Assembly (NCBI GenBank): GCA_030141605.1
Contig: JAQGDQ010000409.1
Span: 1-60,773 of the forward strand
From: Tubiluchus corallicola
Taxonomy: Eukaryota > Animalia > Priapulida
DNA: 60,773 nt
Direction of reading: 5' to 3'
Shown in pieces: positions 1 through 11,400 of this stretch. Both the position numbers and the translations under genes were made by a program. A model generated the notes under the pieces. That model was given only the letters and a program-made list of their open reading frames with translations, was not told where the DNA came from and did not search any database. Positions within the stretch are counted from its first letter, which is position 1; the number at the start of each line of letters is the position of its first letter.

Positions 1-511
1 GAAAATCTCTTGCTCTGTGCTGTACATACATTTACACAAAACACTTAGTCACCTACTGCTTGAGCTGCAGTTGTTTCCCCTGCGAAAACCAGCGGGAGCT
101 TCAAAAGCAAACTGCTAGGTAAGTGATTAAATGTTTGCTTTCCAGAAACAACGAGGTTAACTGCAGTGGATGATCGGGTGACAGGTTCGTAGCAAAACTG
201 CTAGGCGAGCATATTAGCTCATATGATAAACGTACCGTACCTGCTTACAAACAAAGCTGTGCTTAACATGACTGTTTCTACATACATTATAGTGCACAAA
301 AACGATGTAAAGATAACATAAAAGCAGTAAAAGCTCTTTGCACACACACAAGTCTCTTATTTTAAGTACGTAAAGGAAAAATATTGAGTCGATTATGCAG
401 AGTTATTTGAGTAATTGCCGATGGTTTCTATCTACTTTCGAATGGAAGCGGCCCATACCAGACATTTTTGAGTCAATTAGGTGACTGAGTCTATTAACCG
501 TGAGTGTAATA

Positions 512-867
512 AATGGCGCCTACTGTATTAATCGTTACTTTGAATGAACCAATGGCGCCTACTGTATTAATTGTCACTTTGAATGAACCAATGGCGCCTA
601 CTGTATTAATTGTTACTTTGAATGAACCAATGGCACCTACTGTATTAATTGTCACTTTGAATGAACCAATGGTGCCTACTGTATTAATTGTCACTTTGAA
701 TGAACCAATGGTGCCTACTGTATTAATTGTCACTTTGAATGAACCAATGGCGCCTACTGTATTAATTTTCACTTTGAATGAACCAATGGCGCCTACTGTA
801 TTAATTTTCACTTTGAATGAACCAATGGCGCCTACTGTATTAATTGTCACTTTGAATGAACCAATGG
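512..867. repeat. 39-bp minisatellite, 9 copies
   Basis: Unit aatggcgcctactgtattaattgtcactttgaatgaacc. Confidence 0.97.
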
Positions 868-1024
868 AAAAACCTGTATCAACATGTTGCTCTAATAAAA
901 AGACTCTTGGTTCTTAACTAATGGGGCAAAATTAAATTAAACACAGGTCATCAAGTGAATCCATTTTTGGAGCTTTTCATTCGAAAAGAGAAGCAATTCA
1001 AGGTGCAGATGTTGATTTTTTTAG

Positions 1025-1280
1025 GAGATTCCATTGACAGATATCATATCAGTAGATCAAGCGTCCGATCCGGTTTCCACCGATGCGACACGAAACCCCC
1101 ACTGTTTTGAGATTCACATGATCAATGGGTTAATTTATTACGTGGGGGAGGACCGACTAACGCAAGACGTCGTGTCTCCGGACACCGGCAGCGGAGCAGC
1201 GGCTGCAAAGACATGGGAGCATGCAATCCGGCAAGCCCGGATGCCCGTAACACCACAAGTGAGCAGTTCCAGTGCGGGAA
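1025..1280 (+). CDS. Inverted duplicate of PKD exon 11 (paralog fragment, pseudo-exon or second haplotype)
   Basis: ttttag acceptor and gtaagt donor intact; protein identical to 4502-4757; three synonymous differences (1099, 1150, 1267). Confidence 0.7.
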
Positions 1281-1531
1281 GTAAGTAGATTGATCTTGGC
1301 TTTACGGTTTTTTCCTGAATATTTTCTGGTCAAATTAAATGTTTAGAACTTCAAAGGTCATCATTGAATTGAAATCTGATCTTTTGCAAATTCTAAGACG
1401 TTTTGTGTCTTATGGAAAATCGCATTAACCCCGAAGCAAACTTTTTAATCTGTAACAGTGTTAGACAAGCCCATGTGTAGGCTGAAAGATAAGCAATTTC
1501 AGTGAATCATATTTTAATTTTTGTATCAATA

Positions 1532-1879
1532 AGCCTTTTCACAGTTTCAGTGATTGATGATGATCGTAAAAAGGTCAAAGGTTAAGCAAACCAGGCAATG
1601 CATTTGTGTACACTTGACAACACCTCGCAGCCCATGACGTTGTAATAGTAACAGTTTTAACAACCAGCTAGCAGCTTATCTATTTCATTTTTTCTTGTCC
1701 CCAAGTAAGATCCCGGTAGTATATATCACTCTAATGCATAATTAAGTAAAGTCCACGTAAAACGACTGAGCTTACTGAACTGATGCGGCGGATGCCTTGT
1801 GCTATCCACATGTCACATGTAGTTAAGATGCGTTGTTGTGATGCACTTTACCTGTGCACAACGAAACTGTGAAAAGGCT
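1532..1879. mobile_element. MITE family A (about 350 bp)
   Basis: TIR AGCCTTTTCACAGTTTC...GAAACTGTGAAAAGGCT flanked by TA on both sides; related copies elsewhere in the window. Confidence 0.88.
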
Positions 1880-1995
1880 TATTGTTGTCCAACTTCGTCT
1901 TGCATTTATATCATTGCTCACTAATTTCTTTTTAGAGGGTTTTTACGTCGCCAAATTTTCTAGTCCATTATTACATTTTTTTCTACACATTTTAG

Positions 1996-2048
1996 AATCA
2001 GCAGAGAAAGCAAAAGGAGCAAATGGTCATGAAGAAGAAAATGTTGAG
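1996..2048 (+). CDS. Inverted duplicate of PKD exon 12
   Basis: Identical to the reverse complement of 3724-3776, splice sites intact. Confidence 0.7.
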
Positions 2049-2162
2049 GTAAATAAATTCATATAGTTTCACATGTAAAAAAAGATATGATATGCAGCTT
2101 TTGTGCTTCGATTGTTTGTTTTAGATTCGGGTATGTGTTTTTATAATTTTCCATTTTTTATT

Positions 2163-2279
2163 GTAAGACAATCAGTGATGAGGATGGAAAGTGAACAGGT
2201 AAGACAATCAGTGATGAGGATGGAAAGTGAACAGGTAAGACAATCAGTGATGAGGATGGAAAGTGAACAGGTAAGACAA
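2163..2279. repeat. 36-bp tandem repeat, 3.25 perfect copies
   Basis: Unit gtaagacaatcagtgatgaggatggaaagtgaacag at the inner palindrome junction. Confidence 0.97.
2168..2194 (+). CDS. Hypothetical new terminal exon (TISDEDGK*) of the inverted PKD copy
   Basis: Duplicated polypyrimidine tract followed by gtaAG|ACA ATC AGT GAT GAG GAT GGA AAG TGA, in phase 0 with exon 12 copy; AATAAA at 2331-2336. Use is inferred only. Confidence 0.3.
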   Translation, partial: TISDEDGK

Positions 2280-2349
2280 GCATCAAGCATTTTCAATCAC
2301 TTAGCAACCTGCAGAAGACAGACAACATTTAATAAAGCACCACGAGCAC

Positions 2350-2456
2350 CTGAAGAATGGCAACTTCATTTTTCAACTGCGCCTCTTGCTTACGAGGAAA
2401 TCGTAATTTGTCTATCACCTTGATGGCTACCTCTCTTTTTGTCTTCTTGTATATAC
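2350..2456 (-). CDS. PRKD: PKD exon 14 (kinase VAIK lysine and helix C)
   Basis: ttgcag|[36 protein letters not shown]|gtgctc; 107 nt. Confidence 0.96.
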
Positions 2457-5400
2457 CTGCAATGCAAAATGTAACGGTCATCAAGTCTAGTTTCACTGTA
2501 AACAAACATACCAACTTTATGGAAGAAATTTTTATAGCATCTTAATCATACATAGTTTTGCAATACCACAATACAACCCAGCGAAAGTATCCTAGTGAAA
2601 ATAACATATACTTTAAGATGATAAGTCTAGTTTCACTGTAAACAAACATACCAACTTTATGGAAGAAATTTTTATAGCATCTTAATCATACATAGTTTTG
2701 CAATACCACAATACAACCCAGCGAAAGTATCCTAGTGAAAATAACATATACTTTAAGATGATCGCCTAATAAACTAAAGAAAACTAATCAAAGTAGTAAA
2801 ATTGACATCAGACGCGAAAAAACGAAAATTATTTTGAATAAAATAAAAAATGCGCCTCTTAGTAAACATAAACACGTATCTCAGTAAACATAAACACGTA
2901 TCTCAGTAAACATAAACACGTATCTCAGTAAACATAAACACGTATCTTAGTAAACATAGACACGATCTTAGTAAACATAAACACGTATCTTAGTAAACAT
3001 AAACACGTATCTTAGTAAACATAAACACGTATCTCAGTAAACATAAACATGTTATCTCAGTAAACATAAACACATATCTTAGTAAACATAAACACATATC
3101 TTAGTAAACATAAACACCTATCTTAGTAAACATAAACACCTATCTTAGTTAACATAAACATGTATCTTAGTAAACATAAACACGTATCTTAGTAAACATA
3201 AACACATATCTTAGTAAACATAAACACATATCTTAGTAAACATAAACACATATCTTAGTAAACATAAACATGCATCTTAGTAAACATAAACACATATCTT
3301 GGTAAACATAAACACCTATCTTAGTAAACATAAACACATATCTTAGTTAACATAAACACATATCTTAGTAAACATAAACACCTATCTTTGTAAACATAAA
3401 CACGTATCTTAGTTAACATAAACACCTATCTTAGTAAACATAAACACATATCTTAGTAAACATAAACACATATGTATGAATAAACAGCCAAAAATTCGAA
3501 TTTATTTTCATTTTCTTTTTGTTAAAATAATTACCTCCGTAGACAATACCAAACTGTCCCGAACCTAAAACGTCATCTGGAAAGATGTGATAGACTTCAC
3601 TGATATCCTACAATAAAAAATGGAAATTATAAAAACACATACCGAATCTAAAACAAACATTCGAAGCACAAAAGCTGCATATCATATCTTTTTTTACGTG
3701 TGAAACTATATGAATTTATTTACCTCAACATTTTCTTCTTCATGACCATTTGCTCCTTTTGCTTTCTCTGCTGATTCTAAAATGTGTAGAAAAAATGTAA
3801 TAATGGACTAGAAAATTTGGCGACGTAAAAACTCTAAAAAGAAATTAGTGAGCAATGATATAAATGCAAGCACGAAGTTGGACAACAATAAGCCTTTTCA
3901 CAGTTTCGTTGTGCACACAGGTAAAGTGCATCACAACAACGCATCTTAACTACATGTGACATGTGGATAAAGCAAAGGCATCTGCCGCATCAGTTCAGTA
4001 ACTTCAATTGTTTTACATGGACTTTACTTAATTATGCATTAGTCTGCGCATAGAGTGATTTATTAGCGGGTTCTTGCTTGAGGACAAGGAAAAATGAACT
4101 AGGTAATGTTCTAGCTATCTGTTAAAACTGTTACTATTACAATAGCATGGGGTGTAAGGTGTTGTCAGGTGTACACAAATGCATTGTCTGGTACACTTAA
4201 CCTTTGACCTTTTTACGATCATGTTCAATTGCTGGAATTGTGAAAAGGCTTATTGATACAAAAATTAAAATATGATTCACTGAAATTGCTTATCTTTCAG
4301 CCTACACATGGGCTTGTCTAACACTGTTACAGATTAAAAAGTTTGCTTCGGGGTTAATGCGATTTTCCATAAGACACAAAACGTCTTAGAATTTGCAAAA
4401 GATCAGATTTCAATTCAATGATGACCTTTGAAGTTCTAAACATTTAATTTGACCAGAAAATATTCAGGAAAAAACCGTAAAGCCAAGATCAATCTACTTA
4501 CTTCCCGCACTGGAGCTGCTCACTTGTGGTGTTACGGGCATCCGGGCTTGCCGGATTGCATGCTCCCATGTCTTTGCAGCCGCTGCTCCGCTGCCGGTGT
4601 CCGGAGACACGACGTCTTGCGTTAGTCGGTCTTCCCCCACGTAATAAATTAACCCATTGATCATGTGAATCTCAAAACAGTGAGGGTTTCGTGTCGCATC
4701 GGTGGAAACCGGATCGGACGCTTGATCTACTGATATGATATCTGTCAATGGAATCTCCTAAAAAAATCAACATTTACATCTTGAATTGCTTCTCTTTTCG
4801 AATGAAATGCCCCAAAAAGGGATATACTTGATCGCTTGTGTTTAATTTAATTTTGCCCCAATAGTTAAGAACCAAGAGTCTTTTTATTGGAGTAACGTGT
4901 TGATATAGGTGCTTCCATTGGTTCATTCAAAGTGACAATTAATACAGTAGGCGCCATTGGTTCATTCAAAGTAACGATTAATACAGTAGGCGCCATTGGT
5001 TCATTCAAAGTGAAAATTAATACAGTAGGCGCCATTGGTTCATTCAAAGTGACAATTAATACAGTAGGCACCATTGGTTCATTCAAAGTGACAATTAATA
5101 CAGTAGGCACCATTGGTTCATTCAAAGTGACAATTAATACAGTAGGTGCCATTGGTTCATTCAAAGTAACAATTAATACAGTAGGCGCCATTGGTTCATT
5201 CAAAGTGACAATTAATACAGTAGGCGCCATTGGTTCATTCAAAGTAACGATTAATACAGTAGGCGCCATTTATTACACTCACGGTTAATAGACTCAGTCA
5301 CCTAATTGACTCAAAAATGTCTGGTATGGGCCGCTTCTATTCGAAAGTAGATAGAAACCATCGGCAATTACTCAAATAACTCCGCATAATCGACTCAATA

Positions 5401-8400
5401 TTTTTCCTTTACGTACTTAAAATAAGACACTTGTGTGCGTGCAAAGAGCTTTTACTGCTTTTATGTCATTTTTACATCGTTTTTGTACACTATAATGTAC
5501 GTAGAAACAGTCATGTTAAGCACAGCTTTGTTTGTAAGCAGGTACAGTATTATCATATGCGCTATTATGTTAGAATAGCGGTTTTGCTTTGAATCTGTCA
5601 CCCGATCGTCCACTGCAGTTAACCTCGTTGTTTCTGGAAGGCAAACATTTAATCACTTACCTAGCAGTTAGCTTTTGAAGCTCCCCTGCTTTTCATAGGC
5701 GCAACAATGTCATCACCAACTGCAGCTCAAGCAGTAGGTGACTAAGTGTTTTGTGTAAATGTATGTACAGCACAGCACAAGAGATTTTCAAGATTTTCAT
5801 CATTATGAGAATTTCATAAACCAAATTCTTTGTGAAGAAATGAAGCAACAGACCTTGCATGAGTTTTTGTAGTTTTTATTGGTAATAACAAAATTTGTGC
5901 AATTTTTTTATTTTATTTTTTATCAAATCATGTACTATTACTATTTATCAAATCAAATTACTATTCTTAAATAATTGTACATAATGATTTTGACATTAAT
6001 TCTTTTGTAAAATTCATTTAAAGCCTTTGTAATGCACACTAAGGTGATGAGCCATGATTCATATTTGTATAGTAGTAATAGGCTACACCCGTCGGCTAAT
6101 TGAATCAGTTGGTCAATTGGGTCAAAACACGTCCATCCCAAAGTGAGTCTATTAAATGGCACCTACTGTACCAAAATTCAATCAACTTGTTTCACAATTA
6201 CTACAAAATTAAATTGAACTAAAAGGTATTTTTAGTGCAATCACTGTATTAGTCACCAATATGAAACGCACCAGGTATTACGTAAATTTCTTTTCACAGC
6301 TTAGCTGACTAAAACCCATGATTACTTGAAAGCAGGACTAGCAATACTTTACATAAAAATATTCACTTAAAGGAAAACCGGACGATTGTGTAAACATTAC
6401 TTCAAAATAAAGTATGCTCTAAAACACTGAAAACTACAATAACTTTTTTTCAAATCAAAACCTAGATTAAATAATAATTACCTCGTATAGCTAAATTTTG
6501 TTAAACTTTCAAAGCTACGCGCGGCTCAGCTATTCCACTGAGACTGGCAATGGCGCCTTTTTGTCACATTTGCACGGCCGACAAATAAGCGCGGTACCGT
6601 GAGAAGCATAAACAGGAGCTGCAGTGTTCGTCTGTGACATCAGTGTGATGTAGAGCTCATTTTCGTGACATCATCTCAGCGTTTTATAGCAACCTTCGCT
6701 TAGGCAAACGTGCTTGACGCTCAGGGAAGATGCCCCCCATTGCGCAAACTGTAGCAGTGTTCGGTTGCCAAACTGATTACTCAACTGTAAGAAACAACTG
6801 CTAACTTTTATAGGCAAGAAAATGTATATTTTGGACAGGAAATTAAAATGAGATTGAGCCTAATCAATCGTCCGATTTTCCTTTTTAAACACGTGTAAAA
6901 ACATAAGAAAAACTTCAGTGAATTTAGAAATTACCTTATAATATTTTGATGTGTTTTCTTTCTGATATAATGTTATAGCTTTGCTATCTAATCTCCAGTG
7001 GTGAACTCTCCTCTGTAAATACAGATGATGTAAATTAAAAACAAACCAGCTGTGAAATTAGGTTGATAGACAGATTTTGCAACACTTTCCTTGTCAACAA
7101 ACAATTCACAAAGTCAGTGGCAGCTCGTGTATAGCACTGGGGAATGCAGAACCCCCTTATTTTCACTCGATACTATTGATAACATTCAATATAATGAGTC
7201 TTTTTTCTTTAATTCATTCTTTATACTTGTAAATCCTTGTGCAGATCTTAAGCACGTGACAGAACTACCACAACAACACACCTTAACTACAACCATCACG
7301 TGACAAAGTGTGGGTAAAACAAAGCTGCTGCAGTATCAGTTCAGTAACTTCAGTTATTTTACGTTGACTTTACTCAAGTATGCACTAGTCTGTGCATAGA
7401 GTGATTTACTAGCAGAATCTTGCTTGGGAACAAGAAAATATGAACTAGGTAAGATTCTAACTACCTGTTAAAACTGTTACTATTACAATAGCATGGGTTG
7501 CAAGACGTTGCCAAGTGTACACAAATGCACTGTCTGGTACACTTAACCTTTGACCTTTTCACGATCATCATCAATCACTGGAACTGTGAAAATACTTATT
7601 TGAATAATTTAATGTTAACTCAGTTTCTATGTATCAATGTGAGATGGAAATGACATAAACAACTCAGAACACGTGCTAATTACATAAATGAATACAGTTT
7701 ACATGGCAACCTGTTGTCCATATGAACTTCAGTGTCACGAAATAATAGTCTAACGAAACTGACAGTCTATTATCACAGTTGTGTTACTATCTAAGTAGCT
7801 ACACGTATATTGCAAACCAAGTGCAGTGTCTTGAGAGAGTACTAAATGTCTTCGCAATGTCAAAACATCCCTAGTGTACTACTAGTAGTTCATGGACTCC
7901 CAGGCATACAGCTGACGCTGCTCTAACGATTTGAGAACTGAACAATCAAGGTTTATGCAAGCAAGAATACAATCCTATTCTTGCGTGGGTATTAATAACA
8001 TCCTGCACTTTCACTAACCACATCTAGTAAATAATTCAAATGTTTACAAAAGTTTACCACACTCACCAGACTGTCTTTATTAGTAAAATGGACCATCCAG
8101 CCTTCTTTCAACAAAACAGATTTATTGCGCTTGGTGTTCTTGACCGACTGCACTATACGCTGCAGTGGTATGTTAGGCACACTGGGAGTACTGTAAACAA
8201 CGAAATAATGTCATTATTGCAACATTACCATAACCATGTTGCCGACTAGGGGCAACAAAAATTTCCACATCCGACTAAAAGCAACGAAATGTGGCTGAGC
8301 CATCAAGAATACTTACTAGAAAGTGCATTTCTGGCTGCAGGTAGGGGTGAACATCAAGTGTTCAAATTTGATTTGAATGAGTTTTATAGCTCAAATTCGA

Positions 8401-11400
8401 CTCAAACCTAAAGTTATAGATTTGAATGATTCAGCACTTCAACTACATATATTCATTGTCATCAAAACGTTTGAAACATCATGAAATCTGCACAATTTTG
8501 CTGCGATTTTGGTGCACAATTTTTAAACAAATCATTCGTGTTTCTAATGAAGAACAAATCAAGTAATATGCATTATCTTTGTGTAACACATTTTATTAGT
8601 GATTTGAAGGCATATTTGAAAATCTTTAAATCTTTGTTGAATTTGAATTAGATTTGGATTAGAAAATGCTGAAATTCGGAATGATGGAAGTCACAAATTC
8701 GATTAAATTCGAATTCGCTTTCTGGTAGAAAATGCTCACCCTTAGTTATTCGTTTACAAAATCTATGCGAAATTTTTTAACAGAGCCTTATTATAACATC
8801 AATATTGCTAGAGGGGCTGACAGACCTAGCTATGACAGACAGCTTTGCACAAAATAGTTGAAATTTTTAATAAATAATTTTCAATGGATTTTAAAAAAAA
8901 ATTAGATTTAAATTCACCAAGCTGTAAGCAGTATGTACACAATACTCAACAGACTTTGTAATAAGTGAAAAGTATTAAGATTTTAAATTCACTAAACTGT
9001 AAGCAGTAATTAGATAGCAGTCAGGAAACTTCAGAACTACATGCAGGATTGACACACCTCTTACAGCTAAGATTTATTTGTCGGATTTAAATAATTATCA
9101 TTGTCATTAATGATCATCATACCAATGATCAAAATTACTGTTGTCTTATCTTACTTGTAAACATAGTTGAGTGCTTTCATATGTACCAGTAGAACATTGA
9201 AAAGTAAATACACACTATTGTTGTGTCTTATCTTGCTTGTAAACATAGTTGAGTGCTTTCATATGTACCGGTAGAACATTGAAAAGTAAATACACACTAT
9301 TGTTGTGTCTTATCTTGCTTGTAAACATAGTTGAGTGCTTTCATATGTACCAGTAGAACATTGAAAAGTAAATACGCACTATTGTTGTGTCTTATCTTGC
9401 TTGTAAACATAGTTGAGTGCTTTCATATGTACCAGTAGAACATTGAAAAGTAAATACACACTATTGTTGTGTCTTATCTTGCTTGTAAACATAGTTGAGT
9501 GCTTTCATATGTACCGGTAAACCATTGAAAAGTAAATACACACTATTGTTGTGTCTTATCTTGCTTATAAACATAATTGAGTGCTTTCATATGTACTAGT
9601 AGAACATTGAAAAGTAAATACGCACTATTGTTGTGTCTTATCTTGCTTGTAAACATAGTTGAGTGCTTTCATATGTACTAGTAGAACATTGAAAAGTAAA
9701 TACACACTATTGTTGTGTCTTATCTTGCTTGTAAACATAGTTGAGTGCTTTCATATGTACCAGTAGAACATTGAAAAGTAAATACGCACTATTGTTGTGT
9801 CTTATCTTGCTTGTAAACATAGTTGAGTGCTTTCATATGTACCAGTAGAACATTGAAAAGTAAATACACACTATTGTTGTGTCTTATCTTGCTTGTAAAC
9901 GTAGTTGAGTGCTTTCATATGTACCGGTAGAACATTGAAAAGTAAATACACACTATTGTTGTGTCTTATCTTGCTTGTAAACATAGTTGAGTGCTTTCAT
10001 ATGTACCAGTAGAACATTGAAAAGTAAATACGCACTATTGTTGTGTCTTATCTTGCTTGTAAACATAGTTGAGTGCTTTCATATGTACCAGTAGAACATT
10101 GAAAAGTAAATACACACTATTGTTGTGTCTTATCTTGCTTGTAAACATAGTTGAGTGCTTTCATATGTACCAGTAGAACATTGAAAAGTAAATACGCACT
10201 ATTGTTGTGTCTTATCTTGCTTGTAAACATAGTTGAGTGCTTTCATATGTACCAGTAGAACATTGAAAAGTAAATACACACTATTGTTGTGTCTTATCTT
10301 GCTTGTAAACATAGTTGAGTGCTTTCATATGTACCAGTAGAACATTGAAAAGTAAATACACACTATTGTTGTGTCTTATCTTGCTTGTAAACATAGTTGA
10401 GTGCTTTCATATGTACCAGTAGAACATTGAAAAGTAAATACACACTATTGTTGTGTCTTATCTTGCTTGTAAACATAGTTGAGTGCTTTCATATGTACTG
10501 GTAGAACATTGAAAAGTAAATACACATTATTGTTGTGTCTTATCTTGCTTGTAAACATAGTTGAGTGCTTTCATATGTACTAGTAGAACAATGAAAACTA
10601 AATACGCACCTTGTGCAAGGCGGTTGTTGGTTTTCGGAATCGCTGCCTGTACCGTATTTGTCTTTGCTTTCCTCCTCGTCCGAACCGTCTTCAAGAGCGT
10701 TTTCAGTCTGATCTTGGACATCTTCTGGGAAGGATTCTAGTAAAGTGCAAACGTGAGTAAATTACCACTGAACTTCAACTGTAGGAGTTCTACACTTACA
10801 CGAACCGAGTAATAGTGTAAAACTGTTAAGTTATTTTGTTAATAAAACATTGAAATATTAAATCGAAATTGAAATACTTTATTAGTCATTTTAATATTAC
10901 GTGAGATAAAACAAGGAAAAAATTGTGAGCTGACCATGATTTGAACCCAGAACCTAGCAACTGCAGGTCGCATGCTCTGCCACTTAAGCTATCATTCCAA
11001 CATAGCAGAGGGCAGATAGTTAACTGACCGATCTAAATTTCTTAAAAATTTCTGATTCAATAAGGATTACTGCCATAGAAGAACTTACCTAGACTTATAC
11101 ACTAAAGGCAATATTAGTAATTAAAGTCAGCGGATACAATATCAATCATTACTGGAGAATCAACCATAAATAACCTGGCATTCTATATTACAAAGGTCAA
11201 ACTTTAGCCGCAACAGCAAAAGCGTAATTACTTAAAGCCTTACAAAGACCATTTCTTATGAACGGACAATTGAACTGCAGCCGTGGACCTAATTGCACGT
11301 CACATGCAATTACGCTAGTACCGCAAACGATATGAAAATGCTATGTAACCACTGGACACATGCGGTGATGATGTGCATAGGGTAAATGACAAATGACAGA

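Larger units (their letters stand above)
1..2165. repeat. Left arm of large inverted duplication (may extend beyond window start)
   Basis: Reverse complement of 3609-5789: position 1 pairs with 5789 and 2165 with 3609. Includes the same 39-bp array, MITE and PKD exons 11-12. Confidence 0.97.
3609..5789. repeat. Right arm of large inverted duplication
   Basis: Reverse complement of 1-2165; the ORF track is mirrored (494/513/1034 vs 5288/5269/4748). Confidence 0.97.

Noticed and set aside
494-917. Repetitive ORFs [13 protein letters not shown] / [13 protein letters not shown] (and mirrors at 4865-5288)
   Set aside because: Product of a 39-bp (3n) minisatellite that is open on both strands, intronic and MITE-derived.
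2297-2349. Acceptor ttctgcag followed by VAK* as PKD exon 15
   Set aside because: It would need a 41-nt intron and shows no similarity to the next expected kinase segment.
7893-7950. Second tRNA-like fragment on the minus strand
   Set aside because: Only a degenerate A-box/D-arm resemblance and no B box.
9138-10609. CRISPR-like arrays (also 22728-23410, 41265-41820, 44466-44790)
   Set aside because: Head-to-tail repeats without unique spacers, no cas genes, eukaryotic context.
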